A stretch of 64,000 bases of DNA, from contig CM082595.2 of assembly GCA_040954595.2 (NCBI GenBank), positions 3,953,943 through 4,017,942 of the forward strand, in the 5' to 3' direction. Positions 38,291 through 49,107 of the stretch are shown in pieces. Under the pieces are notes generated by a model, which saw nothing but the letters and a program-made list of their open reading frames with translations, was not told where the DNA came from and did no database searches. Source of the DNA: Balanoglossus misakiensis (lineage: Eukaryota > Animalia > Hemichordata). Both the position numbers and the translations under genes were made by a program. Every line of letters starts with the position of its first letter. The first letter of the stretch is position 1.

Positions 38291-41285
38291 TCCTGTTTCT
38301 CAGATATAGTCTTATTAAAGGCACACAGTAACCTATGCAAATTTAACCAGTTACTCTGGAAAATTCAAATATGCAATGTAGCCAATCACCGATTTTCAGT
38401 GGGTAGCACACGTAAAAAAGTGCACCACCACATAGATAGTTACGCTGTGCCAGTTTTGAACTTTTTTTAAATGTATGATGTACAAATAGATTTTTAGATC
38501 AGTTATAGGAAATGTAATGCACGAAATACTTGATGTTTTATGCAACAGATTCTTATGAGGTGTCATTTAGCACATACAGTTATTAAAGGGACATAATCGC
38601 CATTATCCAGTTGAAAATAAGTCAAATAAATATTGATACTGTTACTGTATTGCAAACTAAAAACAGCCATAGTCAGTCTTTACAAATTATTTATTGTTCT
38701 CAAATGTTTGTAATTTTTACAAAAATGAAACAAATTCTGCAACTTCAGAATCATAAGATCAATATCATTTTACAGTCAAATTATGACTGTCAGAAAAAAC
38801 ACTGTAGATTATTAACATTATAGAAAGTAGTGTATCAGATTTAAAAATCTTTTAAAAAATAAACATCCTATTCAGTATTAACCAAGGAAAAGCAAAAAAA
38901 ATGAAAATGTAAAATTATGTCATTATTACCAGGTAATCATGTCAAATGTACAAATCTTGAGAAAGTTATATAAAAATGAAATAAATGTTAATTTTTTTCT
39001 TTATGCATGTTTAATTTTTAAAGGAATATGTACATGGAAATCAGCATTGACATAACATTGTTTTTCAAATTTCATCAGAAGAATTATTCTAGTTATGGTG
39101 GTCAAATCAAAGAGGAAGGATCTCTTTGATGTCGGTGGATGGATACCATCTAAGAGATGTGGTGTGTCAGTTCAAAGGTGAATTCATGGACTTAAAATAA
39201 AATATTAAAAGACTGATACCCCCCAAAAATTCACAAAAACTTTGGGGACATTAAATAAATTTCAATGGAATATAAACTATCTGCACACAAAAATCTCTTT
39301 CAGAAAATTCCTCTAAAAATGAAATACATCTCAAATGCAGTTTATTACATTCATTGGTTGTTTCATTGATCTTTAAGTTTAGGAAAACATTCATTAAATA
39401 TTGGTTTAATCAGTCATGTAAATAATATCAGTTCATAAAATAATTTTCAATGTACGCAAAAGCACTATTTACAATATTTACACTGAAGTAATAAATTATT
39501 AAAATTTGTAATCATTCTATTGGGTGATGTCATAAGATAATATTTATAATATATACAGTTAACTTTTATCAACATTGATAAAAGTTTGTAAATATCAGGG
39601 CTGATTTTGAAACTTACGGTAGTTTGAATGTTTTGGACAATATTGGATGAGGGTAACCAAATTGTTCAGAGACGCCCATGTACTTTTTGGAAAGAAGTCA
39701 CGGATTGGTTGGTTGTCAAGATGCACCATTTTTACAACCAATCAAAAGAGAGCATATATAGCAACATTACCAAGACAGAAATATAAAACAGTTATGAGCT
39801 GAAAGCAACTGCAAAAGTATCCCCCTCCCAAAAATGGTTGCTTTTTCAGAGAAAGTGTGGCACCTGCATTTCCAACAGTAATAACACAACAAAACTATAT
39901 ACACCTGTATTCACAAGACTATTGCCAATTTCTATTGCAAAATTTTCACAATTAACTAAAAGGCCATCATACCTCTCTAAAGAGGGAACTGGGAGGGAAA
40001 GGGTTAAGATTGACTCCACAAACAAAAATCTTTGTCCTGAGTCACAAACAGGTGATGGTCATGTTCTAAAGACATGACAGCATTCATGGAAATCCTGCCA
40101 ACTCCACAAACCTGGAGGTCACACTTTATTTTTTTTCCTTTCACGACGATGACTTTGTAATCGTTGAATTAGAGAGACAAAGGCTCGAAGGACAGACCTG
40201 TTTGGTCACCTTCACTCAAAGGTGTTGACAAGGAGATTACATGGACACATTTGTATTCATTCGATTGGATCTCATTAAAAAAATTTCTGACACTTGTTGA
40301 CTGAGAACACAACAGAACACTGGTATTGTTTTCTTTGGTTTGGCCACACAGAGGCTACTAGTCTTCCCCGGGAATCACTGAACAATACTAGTAATATATC
40401 TGGCCTTTATGACCGACAGCTACGAAGGCGAAACACCCAAGGTACTTCCACCCTTCTGAAGGTTCAAACAATACAACTGTTTTCTCTTTTGTTCAGAGCG
40501 ATCTCGCACAGCAAGACAGGTTAACAGCTATGAAATACCTTTAAGGTTGAAAACACACCATAAAATAATGTATTCCTCCTAAATCCAATGCTTCCTCCAA
40601 TAAAATGTTGTTGTGAATCTTTCTGAAAAAAATTATCGGTCGAAAACTGACCAGGCTGTTAAAATTTACCGCAGCAAAAGATGCAGTTATCGTTTGTTGT
40701 TTTTGTGTAAGCAAAAGTGCAATGCACTTCGATGTTATTCTGACGCTGGCGACAGAACAAAGCGACCACACGACAACAACAGATAATGGGAGAAATGATT
40801 GGCTTCAGACCATCTCCTGAGTTTCACGAACCTCATACAAGCGTTAATTGTCGAAATTAACCCCAATTACAGGTAGCCTGGCTGGGTTTTGTGGGACACA
40901 ATACATTGAGTGGGCCGTTTGTTACTTACATTTAAAATCGGTGAACCTCCCGGGGGTCCCGCACCAAACAATGGCGCGGCACAGACCCGCACTCATAATG
41001 GATTATGCTAAAGCCACCTTTGTAACTTAATCGCTCTGCCGAGACATACATGCGACTTTGATCAGAATCTATCCAGAGAAACTGATCTGTATGCACAGGT
41101 TGGGGCTATGAAATTGACCAGCAATATACAGAGTGTTGATCAGGCTATATATTCCCATGGATTGTGAATTAAAATATATATCACAATTATCACCAAATTG
41201 AAAGTTATAACTACACGTATTTATCAATATGTACATGTATGTAGTCTTATATTTACAAAAATGTCTGTGCCTGTGTTATACAGAG

Positions 41286-42746
41286 TCATGGTTTCCACGC
41301 TGGTTTATACTGATTTATCCGGACGAGGCTGCCGGTTCGGGGGCGAATAAGTCTCATAATTCTGTCCTCTCTCCGAGGTTCCTTGGGTGGGTGAGGAACT
41401 TTGGCCGCTGTGAAGGGCCGGTGTATTTTCGGGGAGTCTGTTTTGGCGTCCGGCTTGGGTGCTTTTGGTGGCTGTGGGTATCGGTTGGCAAGAGCTGTGT
41501 GGGGGCGCGTCATCTTCGTCTTGTTCTTGAGTTTCGGGTGCGCTGGAGGGCGCGGGACTCTAGAGGCTGTGTGAGGGCGCCCCACCTCGACGTTTTCGAT
41601 TTTCTTGATCGCCGGTCTCGGTGGTGGGGGGCGGGGAGCGAGGAGGTAGCTCGGGGGCCTGTCGATTTTGATCTTCCAAGGTTCGAGCTTTTCCTTGAAG
41701 ATGTACTTGGAGTCGACGACGATGCCGAACCTGTCGATTTTCGGCAGCTTGAGGGGCGCGTTCTGGGCGGCAAGACGCGGAGTGGCCGGTGGCGGGTGGG
41801 GGAATTTCCTGGAGAAGGAGGTCGAGTCGGTCTCCGACTCCGAAGCACTGGGCAGATGCAGCCGGGCAATCTTCCGCTGCAGCATCGGGCTGGCAGTCCG
41901 TTTCTCGATGACCAGCGCTTCCCGTCGCAGCATTCGAAAAATGGACTGCATCGACGGTCGGTCTGATTCGTCGTACGCCAACATGGACGATATGGCGTGT
42001 TTGAGCTGACGGCTGATAGGGAACCATTCCTTTAAATGGCATTCGATCATGGAGTTTTCCCTCAGTGCTCTTCCTATAGACATTATCCGGCCACGACTCC
42101 GGAAGTAGTACACCAAATGTCCCTGCCAAGTCGTTCGCTCAATAAGCGCAAAGAATATTACCCCAAGAGAGAAGACATCAGCCTTCTCAGTATAACTGTG
42201 TCCGAACACCTCGGGCGCCATGAAGAACTCCGTCCCACAAAATGTTGTCATTACGTTACGTCCGACGAGCGACTCGCAAACTTTCGCGAGTCCAAAATCC
42301 GCCACTTTAGCCTGCGGTTGTCCATCCTTCATAGTTATGAGGATATTCTCCGGTTTCAAGTCGCGGTGGACAATACGTTTCTCGTGAAGGAAACTGACAG
42401 CGTCCGCGAGCTGTTTCATGATGTCACGTTTCAGAGTGTTGCTTCTCAGTCGGTTCTCCTGTAAGATGAAATCATTCAGCGTTCCGTGTGGGCAGTACTC
42501 CATAACCAGCCATATATTCAGTATGTCGTGCACAAACGTGGTGTGAACCCCGGCTATCCTGACGATATTGTTGTGCTCCAGTTTAGCCAGAGCGAAGAGT
42601 TCGTTCATCGCATCGCTCACTTTGGACGGTCCGTCACATTTTAATTTCTTCCCGGCGAAGACCTCACCCGTCTCTCGGTTCTTCAACAAAGAGATCTCTC
42701 CAAAGGCACCCCTGCGTAGCTTCCCAATCTTGTTGTACTTTGCCAT
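41286..42746 (-). CDS. STK35/PDIK1L-like Ser/Thr kinase (copy A), 486 aa, intronless CDS, Pro/Lys/Arg-rich tail
   Basis: Motifs RGAFG, FAGKK, ELFAL, WLVMEYC, HRDLKPEN, DFGLAKVC, CGTEFFMAPE, KADVFSLG and FALIERT resemble the STK35/PDIK1L family. Splice acceptor at 42799-42800, 52 nt upstream of the ATG. Confidence 0.93.
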   Translation of the reverse strand: MAKYNKIGKLRRGAFGEISLLKNRETGEVFAGKKLKCDGPSKVSDAMNELFALAKLEHNNIVRIAGVHTTFVHDILNIWLVMEYCPHGTLNDFILQENRLRSNTLKRDIMKQLADAVSFLHEKRIVHRDLKPENILITMKDGQPQAKVADFGLAKVCESLVGRNVMTTFCGTEFFMAPEVFGHSYTEKADVFSLGVIFFALIERTTWQGHLVYYFRSRGRIMSIGRALRENSMIECHLKEWFPISRQLKHAISSMLAYDESDRPSMQSIFRMLRREALVIEKRTASPMLQRKIARLHLPSASESETDSTSFSRKFPHPPPATPRLAAQNAPLKLPKIDRFGIVVDSKYIFKEKLEPWKIKIDRPPSYLLAPRPPPPRPAIKKIENVEVGRPHTASRVPRPPAHPKLKNKTKMTRPHTALANRYPQPPKAPKPDAKTDSPKIHRPFTAAKVPHPPKEPRREDRIMRLIRPRTGSLVRINQYKPAWKP

Positions 42747-43361
42747 GTTGACCACGGCCTGCGTCTCCTTCGACTTGGCGCTGGCTGTTATCTGCTGACT
42801 GGAGAATCAATGAAGAAATATATTTATTAGACGGCTTGGTTTACGTATTTTTAAGAGACGTCGCTCCCAGCTCTCCGATACAAAACAGTCTCAAATGACT
42901 TCTGTATTCAGGAACTGGTGGGGACAATTGAACTGAGAAAATTGGCTATCTGCCAGATATCATGCGAAATACATGGACACAACCAGCAAATCTTGAACAA
43001 CACACATAAAATTCGTGTTTACCTACAAATCTGCAAATAAATCAGTCTCAACGATCGTGGAATTCAAAATGTTCTCTCTGCGCCTTGTTCAATCTAACGA
43101 TTAAGACTCCAGAATCATACTAACCAAAAACTTAGAACTTCGAAAAAAAATGAATGAACAATATCTCGTTACTCTCAAGGGAAGACTTTATGAGTGAGGC
43201 CATGAAACCGCATGATGACTGCTAATGATTATTGATTAAGCCATGTTATTGAAAAAAGTCGTGAAGAAAACTAAAACACAGGACGACAATTGGCCAACAC
43301 AGCTTTCATGGTGCTTGAAAATAGACAAAAGTGTGCAGTGATTTCAAAGCCATGTACGTTT

Positions 43362-43576
43362 ACTTACTGAGTTATGGCAGGGTGCAAGGCCCCCAGCCGC
43401 TCGCGCCAACAAAACAGGAAAAGTGTCTGGCAATCAACTGAAGCTAGCAACTCACGCCATGGTTGCCATAACTGAACTAAACAGCGAACGAATGTAATAC
43501 AGTATCCGTAGCCGCTGCGGAGAACTTTTTAGTGATCCCCCGCATTTGGGTGGACGTCTTTGTGTCTCGGGTAAGT
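43362..43576. promoter_or_regulatory. Putative bidirectional promoter with divergent first exons
   Basis: A - strand donor CA|GTAAGT at 43362-43367 (likely 5'UTR exon of kinase A) and a + strand donor GG|GTAAGT at 43571-43576 flank RFX-like GTTGCCATAAC (~43462) and YY1-like CGCCATGG motifs in a CpG-rich patch. Confidence 0.45.
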
Positions 43577-44782
43577 ACCGGTCTTTTAGCCGATCATTTT
43601 CTGTGTCTTTACCCTCGCCGCGACAAGATGCTGTCAGCTCTATTTATGTACAAAGGCCCTTTCATATCTTCCGCATATACAGCCACCCTGAACAAACTAT
43701 TTGTTCTCCCACCTCTCACCCTTGTTGACTTTATATTTCCATTTTATTTGTCATTTATCCTTTACTTCCATTTTTATTTTATTTCCAATTTTTATTTTGA
43801 ATCATCTACTTTCTGCGCAGTTTAAGGTCTTATGGGAACACTCAAATTTTGATGGTGGGTTTTACTCATTTGAAAATATTTTTGTGAGTTCAAATCATTT
43901 TCATTAGTCTTCAGAGACTGCAGCTGGATAATTGTATTTAAAAAAATAAATAAAACAGCAATCTTTTGCCCCGGAATTTCTATCAAACCACTAGATAACA
44001 GAAGCTATGAATTTGGTGTTTCGTTTTGCCTTGCTTTATATTAACTAAGACTATTGAACGTGTTTATAAATTCAAAAAATTATGTGTTCTGCTAAAACAA
44101 AAGTTGAAAGGATCACAGACAGGTGCCCTTTGTTGAAGAGCTTTCCAGTGTTTTCTAACCTTTGTTCAACTTTATTTGGGCATCCTGCCAAAAAGGGGTT
44201 CCCTCATACACAGTGTTAGTCACTAGACGTGTTACAAAACCTGGTTCAAAGTCCAAAAGTGCATTTTTCTGCAGATGAATTGTAGAAAAACACACACCAG
44301 AAAATGGCAAAACTAGCAGAGAAGCATGGTAGAATAATCTTAGGAGGGCAAATATTGCTTTGTATGACATCATCTGAGGCAAAGTAACTGTTTTGACAAA
44401 GAGTTCTGAGTTCATTGTGACCAGTATAACTGAGGAGTTTAACCCCTTATGTATGGCAGAGTGCCAAACTTTCAAAAAATACACTTTGGCTAACGACAAT
44501 AGCAAATTTGAATCAAACATCTGAATGTATTTGAATATACAGACGATTCCAACAAAAATGTGCTTGTTTTAAATCAACTTCTGCAGTCCCATGTGAAGTC
44601 TATAATTAGATTAGGCTGATTAAGTGAAATAATAAGAAATGTTCTGTCACTAAGCAACACGAGGCAATACACTTAATTTTTACCTGGCTGCATTATGTCG
44701 GACGGGGTCAGTGAGTCATTTAATCTGTTTGTATTTGTCCTATCATTTTGAATAAAATTATCGAAATTCAGTTGGAAATTAA

Positions 44783-44867
44783 CCCTTTCACCCCCAGTTA
44801 CCTCTATACAGATCCAACCTTCCAATAGAAAACAATGAATTTGGACTAGACCATAGTGGTGAAAGGG
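44783..44867. mobile_element. 85-bp piggyBac-type MITE
   Basis: TTAA on both sides (44779-82 and 44868-71) with TIRs CCCTTTCACC ... GGTGAAAGGG; a second copy lies at 46989-47073. Confidence 0.8.
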
Positions 44868-45558
44868 TTAATAACACTTTTTACCTGGCAGGATTTCCTT
44901 GTAGACAAGCTTGAATTTTCAGAATGGAACATTATCTTGCACATGAATGGGTGGATCATTATGATTTTCTGAAAATAATTATTCCTGTTTAGTGGACTGT
45001 CTACGCCAGAGCCATTTTACCCTCCCACGTGGCTGTCTTGTCCTGCCTTGTGACATATGTAGGCAATCAACCAACAATACTGGTGTAATCATTTACACAT
45101 TAAGAGTCTGTCGCCCCGCCTGTTCCTAGCGAAAATGACAAAACCATGACTTCACTGCGTCTTTATTTCTAATCTTAGTTCTCTTTTCTATCAAACAATC
45201 AAATCATTGTGAACTGCCTTTCCCAATCCATGTCCCACCTTATGAGTCACTTTCACAGATATTTCTTACGACTTTCTAACGTGTTGTTATTTTTTCACCA
45301 AGACACCCCAGACCATACTACCGTACTATCATCGGCTATTAAAAACATGTTTTTCTCACTAATGTGATATCTGCACAGTTATTTCATAACTTAAACGCAG
45401 CTTTCTTCTGTCTCAAACCGAGAATAGTGCTAAATTTAACAACCGTGATCAGAGTGAGATTACAACAGGTCACATGACACAAAGTCAACCTGTCCGATCC
45501 TCTGCCTACATCTTAAAATACACATTGATCAAACACAGACATATAGTGGAAATAGTAC

Positions 45559-46017
45559 TTACTTTGCCATGATGTCCGAATAATGTAGTTTCTCGAATTC
45601 CGCTGGCAAGGAGGGCAGGAGATCCAGCATATTGACGGAGAAGACCACTTCCTTGGGGGAACGGATAGGTGTGATGTCTACAATGTTGTCGGTTACACCT
45701 GCTCCAAATACTACACACTGTGTACAGTCATGCTTTTTTTCAAATACGTCCAGGTGACAATGACTCAGTCCAAAACACTGGCGGTACAACACAGCTGTAC
45801 CATAGTAACCAACGTCCTGGACCGATGTGTAATATTTTGCACGATTTGAAGCAGGATTTGCCACTTGACATGCAAGCTCCACGTTATGCTCATTTAACGA
45901 ATTGTTTTCTGACTGCAATGCTATTTTTATTTGAACAACGCGGCCGCCAACCCTCCAAAAACCTACATGTTGCGACACGCAGCAACCACAGACTGTTATT
46001 CTCCTATAGTCACTCAA
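45559..46017 (-). pseudogene. Unidentified coding relic or exon
   Basis: 152-codon open frame with GC3-biased codons near its 3' end (..TDNIVDITPIRSPKEVVFSVNMLDLLPSLPAEFEKLHYSDIMAK), ending at a GTAAGT donor-like site. The upstream continuation contains stops. No family recognised. Confidence 0.3.
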
Positions 46018-46988
46018 TAGGGGAATACCCTATTGTTTGCCGACTGAACCACAATACTGATGTCAAAGGTCGTAGCCTTGGCCAACTGCCAACTTCTATG
46101 ACGGACTTTGACATCAAGAGCTTAATTAACTGATCACAAAGCAACCACCTTAGCATTGCTATTCATCAAGACGCATTGCGTATCTATTCGTGCAACTGCA
46201 ATAAAAGAACATGGGTTATTGTCGAACATATGCGTCAGATTCCAAATAAACATTTCACGAAAGACACTAGATATACGCACTTCAAGAGTTCACGATCTTT
46301 AATGTACTTTTTTTAAAACCGCAATGGCGATAAGCGGTGACACAAATCAAAATTTATACAAGTTATGTTTTTAAGTATTATTACATGTATACAACTGTAC
46401 TCAAAAATACTTTCAGTAGATACAAGAAATGTGGGCAACTTCACCATCTTGCTCATATATACAGGATGAAAAAAGTCAAAATACCCCCCTTTTGTTAGAC
46501 CTCCATTGCTATAAAACAATCAAAATTTACATATAAGTATACACTGTATTATTCAATAAATATAGAAACTAGACTGTTAGTAGAAACTCTTTTTGTACAA
46601 TAATATAACAAGGTGATGTTCAAAAATCACTCACTGATATAACACAGTGTCATCTTAAGTACATCAGGCTTAAGTACACCTTGGTTCAAGGTTTCAAATT
46701 ATCAGTTTGCTTTTTCACTGATATTGAAAATTTAGATTTGTGGACAGATGTATACAGGTCCAAGTTACAGAATTTTCTTTACCACAAAAGGAGAAGAATA
46801 TAATAAACAATATTACTTGTTTTAAAAATACTGTGTAGTGATAGGTTGTGGGTGAGGAACGCTTGTCATAGCAGATTAGATATTAGCAATGTTATTGCTA
46901 TAATGTTTCTTTTTGTGAAGAATTTATTTTTATAAAGGCAATGGATTTTAGGGGTATTAAGAGACATGTTTAACGAGTTGATGTTTAA

Positions 46989-47073
46989 CCCTTTCACCCC
47001 CAGTTCCCTCTTTAGAGGTCCAACTTTCCCATAGAAAATAATGGATTTGGACTGGACTATAGTGGTGAAAGGG
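46989..47073. mobile_element. Second copy of the 85-bp piggyBac-type MITE
   Basis: TTAA-CCCTTTCACC ... GGTGAAAGGG-TTA(C), with internal sequence similar to 44783-44867. Degenerate relatives occur at ~27342-27428 and ~39982-40006. Confidence 0.78.
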
Positions 47074-49107
47074 TTACTCTCTTCTGTTGTGGGGACGGAA
47101 ATGTCATACATGTATCTGGTTTTTGGCGACATGTGTGATTGTCACCATGTAACAATGGAAAGACACAGTAAGTGTCTGAGTCACATAGGGTATATACAAT
47201 AGAATGCAGGAGATTAATCTTGTGTAATGAGGGAACCCTTCAGCGAACACCATTATGTTGGACGGCACAATTAACAAACTCAGACAACAGTGAGCCCAGT
47301 TCTAAGGCAACCATCTGAATACACGCTATCTCTCCCACTGCACATTCATATCTGTCCAGTAAGTATTAGAGCTGAAATGAATGTGTATTTTCACTGTACA
47401 CGTATATTCTAATACAATTGCTAAGCCAGATGATTTGCTTGATCAAGGGAAAGACGCCCTCTTGTGTTCACTGAAGTAACGACAACAGCCTTGCACTGAG
47501 GCTCGACAACGCTACTGCCTACGTTAGACCCAATTGATAAATAAATAAGAAATCAGAGAATTCAAATAACTGATAGATAAATTTCTCATACAAGCATATA
47601 TCATGCCAAGAAAAGAAACATTCAATACATCTCAGTAACTCCCATGGGGACATATGATAAATTTTCTGTTTGCCAAAAACAATATTGATAAAAAAAACTT
47701 TCCTGTTAGTATTACCAGATGAAACTTGCAAGGAAGTAAAATAATTCAGTGGATCCTCTTGTTAAGAAGATTACGTTATGACGGCAAGAATAGCCAAAGG
47801 TCATGACATTCAGAGCGTCAGCAAATTGTCTGAAATCTATAAATGACAGTTGAAAAGTTGCCAATTTCGAAAAATACACGAAGCAAACAGGAAACGATGT
47901 ACAATCTGGGGACACAGACAATTCCTGCAGGCTACAGACATCCAGGTGTAAGTCAAAGGTCATTATGCAGATGATACAATTGGCCCAGGACCAGAAGCGC
48001 ACAAAAACACTTGAGACGTACTTTACAGTTCATCATGTTAACGAATCTCTGATAAGCAGCATTGTAACTGGCACATTGTTTTAGTTAAAGATGTCACGAA
48101 AGGTACGATAACGAAACACAGGGGGCATAGCAAACATGGTTGAAAGCGGAACTTAAACAACAGGCAGTCAATGTCAACTGCTCTTACATGGTTAGAATTT
48201 TCCATAAGAATTTTTAATGCATGGAGTTTCCAATTAATTTGTCCTGAACTGGAAAATTTGCAGAGGTGGTTTGAAAGAACTATACACATAATTAAAAATG
48301 GATCTTGCCCCATCAGTCAGTCTGTTGTTTACGCCATTTGGTTACCTGAGCAACTGAAAAGACAAAGGCTTTTTAAAAAGACATATCGCTGGGTATCTCT
48401 TCTTTGTTAAACATCTACATGGTGCACACACGGTGTGTGGCAACTTTAGAGAGGATCGGACAATAGGTTTAATTCTTGTCACGACTGTAGCTAAATACAG
48501 TGTCACCTGGACCTATAGGGGTCACATTGTACATTTTCAAAATCTACAGAAAGCCAAGTTGGCAAGTATATTTTTCTTTAGTACTGCAATAGTTGGTGAA
48601 CTTTCAATGCAAATAGAAGAAAATTGTACTCTCTGGCAAAATGATTATAATTCAGAACTGTGATACTAAAATTGTCAAAAAGTAAGTACATGTGTCTAAA
48701 TAAAATAAAATCAGACTGCACCTTGGGGACCATGCCCATAAAAATGAAAGACTTCATATTTCTCTTCCTTTCTATGCTGTATTAACCAAGTACTGAATAA
48801 AACTGTGACCATATGTAGCGAGGTAAGGGTTAAACTTGGTGTGGATAGATTATGCGACTGGAACATGGTTAGACTGACTACTATGATTTTTTTGCAAAAA
48901 TCAAGAAATTCCCCTCCCCCTCCCATTTTCATTAAATTTGATTTAAAATACACAGAATTACTTCAATTTGCACAGTTGTTGTGGTGATTCCTGAGATCAA
49001 GATCTGCTCTTGATAATTTAAATTTGTCACCCCCATTTTCAATGGCATGGCTCTGTCTACCCGATCAAACACAATCGGATTGTATCAAGCTCAGATGGCA
49101 AACAGGC

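Noticed and set aside
45553-45600. ...DIMAK followed by GTAAGT as the missing upstream mTOR exon (human ...KLMAR, phase 2)
   Set aside because: The upstream residues show no similarity to the mTOR FAT sequence.
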